From: the human T2T-CHM13v2.0 reference genome, Homo sapiens
DNA length: 64,000 nt
Reading direction: 5' to 3'
NCBI GenBank assembly: GCA_009914755.4
Contig: CP086569.2
Span: 12,512,001 to 12,576,000, forward strand
Shown: positions 40,801-56,400 of the stretch, piece by piece
How positions within the stretch are numbered: position 1 is the stretch's first letter
Layout of the letters: every line of letters starts with the position of its first letter
Notes under the pieces: model-generated
The model's database searches: none
Seen by the model: the letters and a program-made list of their open reading frames with translations, nothing else
What the model was told of the DNA's origin: nothing
Translations under genes and position numbers: made by a program

Positions 40801-43800
40801 ATTGGAATCGATTGGATTGGAATCTAACGGAACGGAATGGAATGGAATGGACTCGAATGGAAAGGAGTATAATGAAATGGAACCGAATGGAATTGAATCG
40901 AAAGAATGAGAGTGAATTGAATAGAAAGAGACAGAATGGAATGGAGTGTAATGAAAAGATATCGAATGGAATGGACTCGAAAGGAAAGGAGAGGAATATA
41001 ATGGACAGGAGTTGAATGAACTTGAACGGAATGGAAAGGAGTTCCATGGAATGGAATGAAATGGAGAGGGAAGGAATAGAATGAAATGGAATCGAATGGA
41101 ACGGAATGGAATGGAATGGAGTCGAATGGAACAGAATCGAATGGAATGACATCGAATATAATGGAATGGAACAGAACGGAAATTAATCAAATGGAATGGA
41201 ATCAAGTGGAATGGATTGAATGGAATGGCATCGAATGGAATTGAATTTAATGAAATGGAATGGAATGGACACAAATGTAATGGACTTGAACGGAATAGAC
41301 ACAAACAGAATGGACTAGAAAGGAATGGACTCGAATGGAATTTATTCGAGTAGAAAGGAATCGAATAGAACGCAATAGTATAAAATGGAATCGAAAGTTA
41401 TGGTATCGAATGGAATGGACCAGAATTGAATGTACTGGAATACAATGGACACCAATGGAATGGACTTCAATGTCATGGAATCGAATGGAATGCAATCGAA
41501 TGGAATAGAATGGAATGCCATGGAATGCCATGGAATGGAATAGAATGGAATGCAATGGAATGGAACGGAGTGGAATCGTGTGGAATGGAATTGAATGAAA
41601 TGGAATCGAATGGAATGGAATCAAATGCTATCGACTGGAATGGACTGGACTCGAATGGAATTATTTGGAACACACTGGAATGAAAAGTATTGGAATCGAA
41701 TGATGCAAAGTGGAATGGAATGGAATGGAAAGAAACGCTATCGGCTCGATTGGAATGAAACCGAAAGAAATGGAATCAAACATAATGGAATTAAACGGAA
41801 TTGAAAGGAACAGAAAAGAATGGAGTGTAATATAAAGAAATCGAATGGAATGGAATGGAATGGAATGGAATGGAATGGAATGGAATGGACTCGAATGGAA
41901 TGGACAAGAATGGAATGGACTCAAATGGAATTGACTGTAGTGGAATGGACTTGAATGGAATGGAAACGAATGGAATGGAATGGAATGGAATGGAATGGAA
42001 TGGAATGGAATGGAATAGAAAGGATTAGAATGGAATGGATTCGGATGGAACAGAATGGAATGGAATGGAAAAAAATTGAACAGAAACGCATGGAATGGCA
42101 TCAAATGGAAAGGAAGGCAATGGAATCAACTCACATGGAATGCAAAAGACTGGAATAGAATCGAATGGAATGCCATCGAATGGAATGGAACGGAATGGAA
42201 TCCAACGGAAATCAATGGAATGGACACAAATGTAAAGGACTCGAATGGAATGGACTCAAATAGAATGGACTCGAAAGGAATTTTTTCAAATGGAATTTAT
42301 ACAAATAGAATGAAATCTAATGGAATGCAATAGTATGAAATGGAATCCAATGGAATGTAATCGAATGGAATGGACTGGAATGGAAGGGACTGGAATACAA
42401 TGGAATGGAATGGAATGGATTGCAATGTAATTGAATGGAATGGAATGGAAACGAATGGAATGTAATCACATGGAATGGAATTGAATGGAGTAGAATGGAA
42501 TTCAATGGAATAGAATGGAGTGGAATTGAAAGGAATGGAATCCAAAGAAATGGACTGGAATGGAATGGACTGAAACAAAATGGAAACCACCGGATTGGAA
42601 TGGAAGGGAACAGAATGGAATAGAACGCAAAGGAATGGACTCGAATGGAATGCAGTCGAATTTAATGGAACTGAATAGAATGGAATTGAATGGAATCAAA
42701 AGAATAGAATGCAACTTAGTGTAATGGAAAGATATAGAGTGTAAAGGAAAGATATCGAATGTATTAGAATGGAATGGACTCGAATGGAATGTAATGGAAT
42801 GGAACACACTCGAATGGAATGGACTGGAGTGGAATGGACTTGAACGGAATGGAAACGAATGGAATTAAACGGAAAGGACTGGAATGGAATGGAAAGGAAT
42901 AGAATGGAATGAAATCGGAAGGAACGTAACGGAATGGAATGGAGTTGAAGGTAATACAGTCGAATGAAAAGCATTGAATGGAATGGAAAGGAATGGAATC
43001 GACTCGAATAGAATGGAAACGAATGGAATGGAATAGAGTGGAATGGAATCGAATGGAGTGGAATACAATGGAATGGAAAGGAATTGAATGGAAAGGAATA
43101 CAAAGGAATGAAATGGGATGGAAGGGAAATGGAATGGAATGAAGTCGAATGGAATATAAACGAATGGAATGGCATCGAATGGAATGGAATGAAATGGAAC
43201 GGAATAGAATGGCCTCGAATTGAACGGATTCGAATGCAATAGAATACGATAGAATGGCATTGAATGGAATGGAATGGAACCAAATGGAATGGACTCGAAT
43301 GGAATGGACTCAAATAGAATGCACTCGAAAGAAAGGATCTCGAATGGAATTCATTCAAATAGAATGTAATCGAATTTAATGTAATAGTATGGAATGGAAT
43401 CAAATGGAATGGAATCGAATGGAATAAAATAGAATGGAATGGAAGGGAATAGAACGGACTCGAATGTACTGGATTGCAATGTATTTGATTCGAATGTAAT
43501 GGAATCTAATGGAAAGTAATCAAATAGAATGGAATGGAATAGAATGGAGTGCAATGCAATAGAATGGAGTTGAATCGAGTGGAATGGAATCAAATGGAAT
43601 GGACTGGAATGGAAAGGACTCGAATGGAATTTACTGGAACAAAATGGAATGGAATGGAAAGGAATGGAATGGAGTGCAGTGGAATGGACACGAATGGAAT
43701 GGAGTCTAATGGAATGAAACCGAATGGAATGTAATTGAATCAAATTGAAAGGTATAGAATGAAATGGAAAGTAATGGGAAGATCGAATGTAATGGTTTGG

Positions 43801-44082
43801 AAAGGACTCAAATGGAATGGACTGGAAAGGAATGGAATCAAATGGAATGGAATGGAGTGGAATGGACTCGAATGGAATGATAACGAATTGAATGGAATGG
43901 AAAGGAATGGAATGGAATGGAAAGGAATAGAATGGAATGAAATTGGATGGAATGAAATGGAATCGAATGGAATAGAATCAAATGGAATGGCATTGAATGG
44001 AATGGAATGGAATCGAATGGAATAGAAACGAATGGAATGCAATGCAATGGAAAGGAAAAGAATGGAAAGGAATGGGATGAAA

Positions 44083-44155
44083 TGGAATGGAATGGAATGG
44101 AATGGAATGGAATGGAATGGAATGGAATGGAATGGAATGGAATGGAGTTGAATCG
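44083..44155 (+). repeat. Perfect (GGAAT)n tract of ~15 units.
   Basis: 44081..44150 is 'aatggaatgg' repeated without variants. Confidence 0.8.
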
Positions 44156-46399
44156 AATAAAATCGAATGGAATGGTTTCGAATGGAATGGAATGGTATGG
44201 ATTGGTATGGACTCCAATGGAATGGACTTGAATGGAACAGCATAAAAGGGAATGACATCGAATGGATTTTAATGGAACAGAATGGACCCAAATATAATGG
44301 ACTCGAATGAATGGACTCAAACGTAATGCACTCTAAAGGAATTTTCTCGAATGGAATTTATTCAAATAGAATGGAATTGAATAGAATGCAGTAGTATGGA
44401 ATGGAATCGAAAGGAATGGTATCAAATGGAATCAAGTTGAATGGAATCGAATGGAATGAAATAGTATGGAATGGAATCGAACGTACTGTACCAGAATGGA
44501 ATGGAATGGGATAGAACCGACTCGAATGAAATGCATTGCAATGTAATTTATTTCAATGCAATGCATTCAAATGGAATGTAATAAAATGGATTAGAATGGT
44601 AAGCAATGGAATGGAATAGAATTAAATGCCATAAAGGGGAACGGAGTGGAATCGAGTGGAGTAGAGTCGAGTGTAATGGAATCGAATTGAATGGAATCAT
44701 ATGGAATGGTATCAAATGGCATGGACTGGAATCGAATGGAGTGTAATCGAATGGCATGGACTGTAATGGAATGCACTCGAATGGAATGGACTGGTACAAA
44801 ATGGAATCAAACAGATTGTAATCAAATGGAATAGAATGGAATGGATTGGAATACAATGGACACGAATGGAATGCAGTCGAATGGAAAGGAACCGAATGGA
44901 ATGGAATGGAATCGAATGGAATGGAATTGAATAGAATCGAAAGGAATAGAATGGAATAGAGTTTAATGGAAACATAACAAACGGAATGGAATGGACTCAA
45001 ATGGAATGGAGTCGGTTTCAATGAAATCAAATGGAATGGACATGAATGTAATGGAATTGAATAGAATCGAAAGGAATAGAATCAAATGGAGTGTAATGGA
45101 AAGATATCAAAAAGAAAGGAATGGAATGGAATGGAATGGAATGGAATGGAATGGAATAGACTGGAATAGAATGGACTGGAATGGAATGGCCTGGAGAAGA
45201 TTGGACTCGAATGGAATGGTATGGACTGGATTGGAGTAGACCGCAATGGAATGGACTGGAATGGAATGGACTGGAGAGGATTGGACTCAAATGGAAAGGA
45301 AATGATTGGAATGGAAAGAATGGAAAGGAAAGGAATAGAACGGAATGGAATTGGATGGAACGGAATGGAACAGAATGGAATCGAATGGAAAAGAATCTAA
45401 TGGAATGGCATCAGATGGAATGGAATGGAATGGAATGGACTCGAATGGAATGGAATGGAATGGACCCAAATGGAGCAGAATTGAATGGAATGACATCGAA
45501 TGGATTGGAAAGCAATGGCCTGGAACCAAATATAATGGACTCGAATGGAATGGACTCAAATAGAATGGACTTGAAAGGAAAGGTTTTGAAAGCAATTTAT
45601 TCAAATAGAATGGAATCGAATGGAATGAATTAGTATGGAATGGAATCGAAAGAATTGTAATTGAATGGAATAGACCGGAATGGATTGGAGTGGAATAGAA
45701 CTGGCTCGAAAGTAAAAAAATGAAATCTAATTGATTTGAAAAGAATGGATTCGAATGTAATGTAATCAAATGGAATGGAATGGAATAGAATGGAATGCAA
45801 TGGAATGGAACTTAGTGGAATCTAGTGGAATGGAACGGAATGCAATGACATTGAATGGAATGGAATGGAGTGGAATGGAATGGAATGGATTGGAATGGAT
45901 TGGACTGGAAAAATATGAAATTGATCAGATTGGAATCGAATGGAACAGTATGTTATGGAATGGAATGGAACGGAATGGACTCTGTTGGAATGGAATATAA
46001 TAGAATGGAACCAAATGGAAATGAATCGAAAGAATGAAAGTGTATGGAGTAGAAAGGGATAGAATGGAATGGAGTGTAATGAAAAGATATCGAATGGAAA
46101 GCAATGGAATGGAATGGACTCGAAAGTAAAGGACTGGAATGGAATGCATTGGAGTTGAATGGACTCGAATGGAATGGAAAGGAGGGCGGTGGAAAGGAAT
46201 GAAATGGAATGAGAAGGAATAGAATGGAATGGAAAGGAATGGAACAGAATGGAATGGAATGCAGTCAAATGGAATAGAATCAAAAGGAATGACATTGAAT
46301 ATAAAGGAACGGAAAGAAATTTAATCGAGTGGAATGGACTCAAGTGGAATAGAATTGAATGGAATATCATCGAATGGAATGGAATGGAATGGAATGGAA

Positions 46400-46605
46400 T
46401 GGAATGGACCCAAATGTAATGGACTCGGACAGAATAGACACAAATATAATGGACTAGAAAGGTAAGGTTTCGAATGGAATTTATTCGAATAGAATGGAAT
46501 CGAATGGAAAGCATTAGTATGGAATGGAATTGACTGGAATCCACCAGAATTGAATGGAATGGAATAGAACGGACTCGAACGTAATGGAATGCAATGCAAT
46601 TGATT
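46400..46605 (+). repeat. Example of the diverged landmark block in the right flank ('cccaaatgtaatggactcggacagaatagacacaaatataatggactagaaaggtaaggtttcgaatggaatttattcgaatagaatggaatcgaatggaaagcattagtatgg...cgtaatggaatgcaatgcaattgatttgagtgg')
   Basis: Direct reading. It is homologous to the blocks in the HOR at roughly 80-90% identity by eye. Confidence 0.65.
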
Positions 46606-49600
46606 TGAGTGGAATGGAATCCAATGGAAAATAATCAAATGGAATGGAAAGTTATACAGTGGAATGGAATAGAATGGAATGCAATGGAATGGAACCGAGC
46701 GAAATCCAGTGGAATGGAATTGAATATAATGGAATCAAATGGAATGGAATCGAATCAAATAGACTGGAATGGAATGCACTCGGAAGAATGGATGGGAAAA
46801 AAATGGAATCGAATGGAATGGACTCGACTGTAACGGAATGGAATGGCATTGAATGGACTCGAATGTAATGAAGTTGAATGGAATGGAATTGAAAAGAATG
46901 AAATCAAACTGAAAGGAATTGAATGGAATAAAAAAGAATAGAATGGAATGGAGAGTAATGGAAATATAACAAATGGAATGGACTGGAATGGAATGGACTC
47001 GAATGGAATGCACTGTAATGGAATGGACTCAAATGGTATCAGGCTGAGTGAAATGAACTCGAATGGAATGGAAACGATTGTAATGGAATGGAGTGGAATG
47101 GAATGGAAAGGAATAGAAAGGAACGGAATCGGATAGAATGGCATGAAATGGTATAGTGTTGAATGGAATAGAATCAAAAGGAATGGCATCAATTGGAATG
47201 GAATGGAAAGGAATGGACTCGAATGGAATGGACACTAAAGGAATAGTATCAAACAGAATGGCATTCAATGGAATGGAAAGCAACAGAATGGAATGGAATG
47301 GAATGGAATGGAATGGAATGGAATGGAATGGAATGGAATAGAATGGAATGGACACAAAAGTAATGGAATCAAATGAAATGGACTCAAATAGAATAGACTC
47401 GAAAGGAATGGTCTCAAAGGGAATTTCTTCGTATAGAATGGAATCAAAAGGAATGCAATAGTATGGAATAGAATGGAATGGAATGGAATCGAATGGAATG
47501 GAACAGAATGGAATGGACTGGGATAGAACAGACTCGAATATAATGGATAGCAAGGTAATTGTTTCGAGTGCCTTGGAATCAAATGCTATGTAATCAATTA
47601 GAAAGGAAAGGAATGCAATTGAGTGGAATATAAGGGAATAAAATAGAATGGAATGAAACGGAGTGGAATCGAGTGGAATGGAATTGAATGGAATGGAATC
47701 AAATGAAATATATTCGAATGGAATGGACTCGAACGGAAAAGATCAGAGCAAAATGGAATCGAACGGATTAATATCGAATGGAATGGAATTGAATGGAATG
47801 CAATCAAATGGAATGGAGTCGAATGGAATGGAATAGAACGGAATGAAATGGAATAGAATCGAAAGGAATATAATGGAATGGATTGTAATGGAAAGATATC
47901 AAATGGAATGGAATGGACCAAAACCGAATGGAATGGAATGGAATGGACTTGCATTGAATGGACTGGAGTGTAATGGACTCGTTTGGAAGGGAAAAGAATG
48001 GAATGGAAAGACATGGAATGTAAAGGAATAGAATGGAATGGGATTGGATGGAAGTTAATGGAATGGAATGGAGTCGAATGGAATAGAATCAAAAGCAATG
48101 GCATTGAATGGAATGGAAGGGAAAGGACTCGAATAGAATGAAATCAAATGGAAAAAAATCGAATGGAATAAAATCGAATGGAATAGAATGGAATGGAATG
48201 GACTCGAATGGAATGGAAAGTAATGGAATGGAATGAAATGGAATTGAAAGGAATAGAATGGAATGAAATTGGATGGAATGGAATGGAATGGAATCGAATG
48301 AAATGGCATCGAATGGAATGGAATGGAATGGAATGGAATGGAATGGAATGGAATGGACTCGAATGGAGTAGAATAGAATGGAATGGCTTTGAAATGAATG
48401 GAATGGAATGCAATGGAATGGAAGGAAATGGAACCAAATGTAATGGACTCAAATGGAAAGGACTCAAATATAATGGACTCGAAAGGCATAGTCTCGAATG
48501 GAATTTACTCTAGTAGAATGGAATGAAATGTAAAGCAATCGTATGTAATGGAATCGAACGGAATGGAGTAGAATGCAATGGATGAGAATGGAAAGGACTG
48601 GAATAGAATGGAGGCGAATGTAATGGATTGCAATGTAATTCACTTCAATATAATGGAATCGAATGTAATCAAAGGTAATCAAATGGAATGCAATTGAATG
48701 GAATAGAGTGGAATGCAATATAATGGAATAAAGTGGATTCGAATGGACTGGAATCGAATGGAATGGAATCGAATGGAATGGAATCAAATGGATTGGACTG
48801 GAATCTAATGGACTCGAATGTAATAGCCTGGAACAAAATTGAATCGAACGGATTGGAAACGATCGGAACAGAACGGATTGGAATGGAAAAGAATGGACTC
48901 GAATGGAATGGAGTCCAGATCAATGGAACCGAATGGAATGGAATTGGATGGAATCAAAACGAATAGAATGGAATGGAGTGTCTTGGAAAGATAACGAATA
49001 GAATGGAATGGAATGGAATGGACTAGAATGGAATGTACTGGAATGGAGTCGATTCAAATGGCATGGATTGTAGTGGAATGGAGTCGAACGGAACGGAAAC
49101 TAAATGAATGGCATGGAAAGGAATAGAATGGAATAGAATCAGATGGAACGGATTGGAATGGAATGGAGTCGAACGGTATAGAATCGAATGGAATGGCATC
49201 AAATCGAAAGGAATTGAATGGACTCGACTGGAATAGAATAGAATGGAATGGCAACGGATGGAAAGGAATGAAATGGAATTTAGTGGAATGGAACGGAATG
49301 GAAACAAATCTAATTGACTCAAAAGAATGGACTCAAATAGAATGCAATCGAAAGAAATGGTCTCGAATGGAATTTATTCGAATAGAATGGAATCGAATGG
49401 AATGCAATACTATGGAATCGAATAAAATGGAATGGAATCGAATGGAATGGACCGGAATTGCTTGGAGTGGAATAAAGCAGACTCGAATGTAATCAATTGC
49501 AATATAATTGATTTGAAAGGAAAGGAATCGAATGGAATATAATTAAATTGAATGCAATAGAATGCAATGAATGGAATAGAATGGAAAGCAATTGAATGGA

Positions 49601-52600
49601 ATGTAGTGGAATCGAGGGCAATGAAATCAAATGAAAGGGAATCGAACGGAATGGAATCAAATGGAGTGGACAGGAATGGAATGGACTCGAATGGAATTGA
49701 CTGGAACAAAATGGAATTCATCAGATTGGAATCGAATGGAACGGAGTGGAACAGAATGGAATGGACTCGATTTCAATGAATTAGAATGGAATGGACCCGA
49801 ATGGAATTGAATCAAATGGAATTGAATTGAATGGATTTGAAACGAATAGAATAGAATGAACTTTAATGAAAAGATATCAAATCGAAAGTAATGGAATGGA
49901 ATGGACTCATTTAGAATGGACTGGAAAGGAATGTACATGAGTGGAATGGACTCGAATGGAATGGAAAGGAATGGAATAGAAAGGAATAGAATGGAAAGGA
50001 ATCGGATGGAACTTAAAGGAATGGAAAGGAGTCGAATGCAATAGAATCGAATGGAATGGCATCGAATGGAATGGAATTGAATGGAGAACACTCGAATGGA
50101 TTGGACTCGAATGGAATAGAATCGAATAGAATGGCTCGAATGGAATAGAATGGAATGGAATGGAATGGACTCGAATTGAATGGAAGCGAATGGAATGGAA
50201 TGAAATACAATGGAAAGGAATAGAATGGAATGTAATCGGATGGAACGGAATGGAATGGAATGGAGTCGAATGGAATAGAATCAGATGGAATGGAATGGAA
50301 TGGAGTCCAATGGAATAGAGTTAAATGGTATGGCATTGAATGGAATAGAATAGAATGGAATGGCATTGAAAGGATTGGAATGGAATGGAATGGAATGGAA
50401 TGGAATAGAATGACACAAATGTAATGGATTCGACTGGAACAGACTGAAATAGAATGGACTCGAAAGGTATGGATTCGAATGGAATTTAATCGAATAGAAT
50501 GGAAACGAAAGGAAAGCAACAGTATGGAATGGTATCAAATGGAATGGACTGGAATGGAATGGACTGGAATAGAACAGACTCGAACTTATTGGATTGCAAT
50601 TTAATTGATCTGAAAGGAATTGAATCGAATGGAATGTAACCAAACGGAATGCAATGAAATGCAATTGAATGGAATAGAATGGAATTCAATGGAATGGAAC
50701 GGAGTGGAATCGAGTGGAATGGAATCAAATGAAATGGAATCGAATGGAATGGAATCAAATGGAATGGACTGGAATGGAACAGACTCGAATGTAACGGACT
50801 GGATAAAATGGAATCGAACAGATTGGAATCGTATAGAACTGAATTAAATGGAATGGAATAGAATGGACTTGAGCGCAATTGAGTCGAATGGAATGGAACT
50901 GAATGGAATGTAATTGAATGGAATCCAAAGGAATAGAATAGAATGGAATGTCATGGAAAGATATCAAATGGAATGGAATGGACCCGAATGGAAAGGACTG
51001 TAATGGAGTGGACTCGAATGGAATGGACTAGAGTGGAAAGGACTCGAATGAAATGGACTAGAGTGGAAAGGACTCGAATGGAATGGAAACGAATGGAATG
51101 GAATGGAAAGGAGTAGAATGGAATGGAATCAGATGGAACGGAATTGAATGGAATAAAGTCGAATGGAATAGTATCGAATGGAAAGAAATCGAATGGAATG
51201 GAATAGAAAGAAACGGAATGAAATGGACTCGAGTGAAAAGGACTTTAATGGAACAGAGTCAAATGGATTGCCATCGAATGGAATGAAAGGAATGGAATGG
51301 AACGGAATGGAAGGAACCAAAACGTAAAGGAATCGAATGAAACGGACTCAAACAGAATGGACTCAAAAGGAATGGTCTAAAATAGAATTTATTCGAACAG
51401 AATGGAATGGAAAAGAGTGCAATAGTATGGAATGGAATCAAATGGAATGGAATCGAACAGAATCGACCGGAATGGAATAGACTGGAATAGAAAGCACAGG
51501 AATGTAATGGATTGAAATGTAATTGATGTGAACTCCTTGGAATTGAATGGAATGTAATCAAATGGAACGGAATGTAATGCAATGGAATGAAATAGAATGG
51601 AATGCCATGGAATAGAACGGAGTGGAATCGAGTTGAATGGAAATGAATGGATTCGAAACAAATGGAATGGAATAGAATGGAATGAACTGGCATGGAATTG
51701 ACTCGAAAGGAAAGGACAGGAAAAAAATGGTATCGAACGGATTAGAATTGAACGGAAAGGAATGGAATGGAATGGAATGGAATGGAATGGAATGGAATGG
51801 AATGGATTCGAATGGAATGGAGTCAAATGGAATGCAATCGAATGGAAATGAATCGTACAGAATGGAATTGAATGGAATCAAAAGGAATAGAATGAAATGG
51901 AGTGTAACAGAAAGATATCGAATGGAATGGAATGGAATGGAATGGATTTAAATGGAGAGGCCTGGAATGGAATGTACTCGAATGGATTGGACTGGAATGC
52001 AATAGACTAGAACGGAATGCTCTGGAGTGCAATGGACTCTAACGGAACAGAAAAGAATTGAATGGAATGGAATGGAAAGGAACAGAATGGAAATGATTAT
52101 AATGGGATGGAATCGAATGTAACAGAATGGAAAGTAATGGAGGTGAATGGAATAGAATCCAATGGAATCGTATTGAATGGCATGAAATGGAATGGAATTG
52201 AATTGACTCGAATGGAATGGACCCAAATATAATGGACTCAAAAGGAATGGACTCAAATAGAAAGGACATGAAAGGAAAGGTCTTTAATGGAAATTTTTCG
52301 AATAGAATGGAATCGAATGGAGTGCAATAGTATGGAATGGGATCGAATGGAATAGAATCAAATGGAATGGACCAAAATGGATTGGACTGGAATGGAACGG
52401 ACGCAAATGTTATGGATTGCAATGTTATTGATTCGAATGGAATAGAATCGAATGTAAAGTAATCAGAAGAAAAAGAAAGGAATGAAATAGAATGGAAAAC
52501 AATGGATTATAATGGAGTGGAACGGAGAGGAATCGAGTGGAATAGAATGGAACGTAATGGCATCGAATGGAATGCACTGGAACGGAATGGACGCGAATGG

Positions 52601-53199
52601 AATGGAATGGAACAAAATGGAATCGAACTTATTGGAATCGAAAGGAATGGAATGTAACGTAAATGAAAAGAATGCACTCGAATGGAATGGAGTCCAATGG
52701 AATGAAATCGAATGGAATGGAATCAAATGGAATGGAATTGAAGGGAATCGAAAGGAATAGATAGGAATGGAGTGCAATGGAATGATATCGAATGGAATGC
52801 AATCAAGTGGAATGGCATGGAGTCGAATGGAATGGAATAGAATGTAATGGACTGGAACAAAATGGAGTCAAAAAGATTGGAATCGAATTGAAAGGAATGG
52901 AAGAAAATGGACTCGAATAGAATGGAGTCGAATGGAATGGAATTGAATGGAATCAAACGTAATAGAATGGAATGGAGTGTCATGGAAACATATCGAATTG
53001 AATGGAATGGAATCGAATCGAATCGAATGGAATGGACTGTAATGGAATGGACTGTAATGGAATGGACTGAAGTGGAATGGACTCGAATGTAATGGAAACG
53101 AACGGAATTGACTGGAAAGGAATAGTATGGAATGGAATGGCATCGGAAAGAAGGGAATTCAATGGAATTGAAAGGAATTTAATGGACGGAATTTAATGG

Positions 53200-53480
53200 A
53201 CCCAAATGTCATGGATTCGAATTTAAAGGACTCAAACAGAATGGACATGAAAGGAATGGTCTGAAAAGGAATTTATTCGAATACAAAGGAATCGAATGGA
53301 ATGCAACAGTATGGAATGGAATCGAATGGAATGGAATAGCATGGAATGGAATGGACCAAATTGTAATGGAATCAAATGGAATACACACAAATAGAATGGA
53401 TTCCAATGGAATGGTATCGAATGGAATTTATTCGAATACAATGGAATTGAATGGAATGCAACAGCATGGAATGGAATCAA
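53200..53480 (+). repeat. Local ~150-bp tandem duplication of the landmark-block core (two 'ggaatttattcgaataca[a/t]ggaat[c/t]gaatggaatgcaacag[t/c]atggaatggaatc' cores 153 bp apart).
   Basis: The cores are at ~53270 and ~53423. Elsewhere cores are ~1 kb apart. Confidence 0.6.
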
Positions 53481-56400
53481 ATGGAATAGACTAGAATGGA
53501 ATGGAGTGGAATAGAATAGACTCAAATGTAATGGACTGCAACGCAATTGATTTGAATGGAATGAAATTCAATGAAATGTAATCAAATTGAATGGAAAGAT
53601 ATGCAATGGAATGGAATACAATGGAATGCAATGGAATGGAACAGAGTGGAATCGAATGGAATGGACTCGAATGGAATAAACTGGAACATAATGGAATCGG
53701 AAGGATTGGAGTTGAACAGAAGGTAATGGAATGGAATGGACTCGAATAGAATGGAGTGGAATGAAACAGACTTGAATGCAATGGACTGGAGAGGAATGGA
53801 CTCGAATGTAATTGAAAAGAATGGAATGTATTTAAATGGGATGGAAAGGAATAGAATGGAATGGAATCGGATGGAACAGAATGTAAAGGAATGGAGTAGA
53901 ATGGAGTAGAATAGAATGGAATGGCCGCCAATAGAATGGATTGGAATGGCATGGAATGGACTATAAAGGAATGGAAACAAAAGGAATAGATTGGAATGGA
54001 ATGGCATCAAATAGAATGGAATGGAATGGACCCAAATGTAATGGACTCAAATTGAATGGATTCAAATAGAAAGGACGCAAAAGGAATGGTCTCGAATGGA
54101 ATTTATTCAAATGGAATGGATTCGAATGGATTGCAATACTATGTAATGGAATCAAATGGAATTCAGTCGAATAGAATGGACCAGAAAGGAATGGACTGGA
54201 ATAGAATGGACTCGAATGTAATGGATTGCAATGTAATTGATTCAAATGGAATGGTATCGAATGCAATGTAATCAAATGGAATGGAATGCAATAGAATGGA
54301 ATGCAATAGAACGGAACGGAGTGGAATCGAGTGGAATGGAATGTAAACGAATGGAATCAAATGGAATGGACTCGAATGGAATGGACTCGATTGGAAAGGA
54401 AAGGAGCAGAATGGAATTCAAAGGATTGGATTTAAACAGAATGGAAAGTAATGGAATGGAATGGAATTGACTCCAAAAGAATAAAGTCGAATGGAATGGA
54501 ACCCAATGGAATGGAATCGAATGAAATTGACTGGAGTGGAATGGACACGAATGGAATGGAAACGAATGGAATGGAATGGAATGGAACGGAATGGAATGGA
54601 ATGGAGTGGAATAGAATGTAATGGAATGGAATTGGATGGAATGGATTGGCATTGAATGGAGTCAAATGGAATAGAATCCAATGGAATGGCATCTAATAGA
54701 ATGGAATGGAAAGGAATGGATTCAAATGGAATAGAGTCGAATGGAATGACATCTAACGGAATGAATTGGAATGCAATGGAATGGAATGGAATGGGATGGA
54801 ATGGGATGGAATGGAATGGAATGGACCAAAATTTAACGGAATCTAAAGAAATGGACTCAAATAGAATGGACTCAAAATGAATGATCTGGAATGGAATTTA
54901 TTCAAATATAATGGAATCGAATCGAATGTGATAGTATGAAATGGATTCGAATGGAATGGAATCAAACGGAATAAACCAGCATGGATTGGACTGGAAAAGA
55001 ATGGACTCGAATGTAATGGATTGCAATCTAAGGGATTCTAATGGAATGGAATTGAAAGGAATATAATCAGATGGAATGGAATGGAATGCATTGTTATGGA
55101 ATATAACGGTAGGCAATGGAATGGAACAGATTGGAATCGAGTGGAACGGAATCAAATGGAATGGAAGTGAATGGAATGGACTGGAACGGAATGGAAAAGA
55201 ATGGAATGGATTGGAACAAAATGGTATCATAAGGATTGGAATTAAACGGAATGCAATGGAATGCAATGGAATGGAATTGCATGGAATGGTATTTAAGGGA
55301 ACGGAATGGAATGGACACGATTGGAATGGAGTCGAATGGAATGGAATCAAGTGGAATGGAATCAAATTGAATGGAATTGAATGGAAATGAAAGAAATAAA
55401 ATGGAATGAATTGTAATGCAAAGACATCAAATGGAATGAAATGGAATAGCCTCAAATGGAATGGAGGAGAATGGAATGGAATCGAATTGAATATACTGGA
55501 CTGGAATGGACTGGAATGGAATGGAAACGAATGGAATGGAATGGTATGGAAAGGAATGGAATGAAATGGAATAGAATGGAAAGGAATAGAATCCTATGGC
55601 ATCGGATGGAACGGAATGGAATGGAATGGTATCGAATGGAATAGAATCGAATAGAATGACATCAAATGGAATGGAAAGCAATGAACTCATAGAATGGTCT
55701 CAAAAGTAATGGTCTCGCATGTAATTTACTCTAATAGAATGGAATCGAAAGGAATGCAATGGTATGAGAGGAATCGAATGGAATGGAAAGGAATGGAACT
55801 GGCTTGAATAGAACGGACTCAAAGGTAATGGATTGCAAAGCCATTGGCTCAAATAGAAAGGAATTGAATAGAATGGTATGGAATGTTATGGAATGCAGTG
55901 GACTGAAATTGAATGGAAAGAAATGGAAAGGAACAGAGAGAAATCGATTGGAATGGAATCTAATGGAATGGAATCAAACAGAATGGAATCAAATGGAATG
56001 GACTGGAATCGAATGGACTCGAATGGAATGGACACGAATGTAATGGACTGGAACGAAATGGAATTAAGCGGATAGGAATTGGAAATAACAGAATGGAATG
56101 GAATGGGATGGAATGGACTCGAACGGAATGGAGTCGATTGGAGTGGAATCGATTGGAATGGAATGGAATGGAATTGAATGGAATCGAAAGTAATATAATG
56201 GAATAGAATCTAATTTAAAAAATGGAATGGAATGGACTCATAGGCAATGTACTGGAATAGAATGAACTAGAATGGAATGGAGTGGAGTGGAAAAGACTAG
56301 AATGGAATGGTAACAAATGGCATGGAATGGATCGGAAGGGAATGGAATGGAAAGGAAAAGAATGGAATGGAATCGGAAGGAACGGAATGGAATGGAATGG

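Noticed and set aside
45690-46210. Possible transposon insertion (Alu/L1 fragment) suggested by a short A-run at ~45710 ('aagtaaaaaaatgaaatc') and a GC-rich 'ggagggcggtgg' at ~46185
   Set aside because: Both are under 25 bp and sit inside otherwise continuous pentamer context. There is no poly-A tail plus target-site duplication and no extended non-satellite sequence. I found no stretch longer than ~60 bp anywhere in the window that is not recognisably GGAAT-derived.
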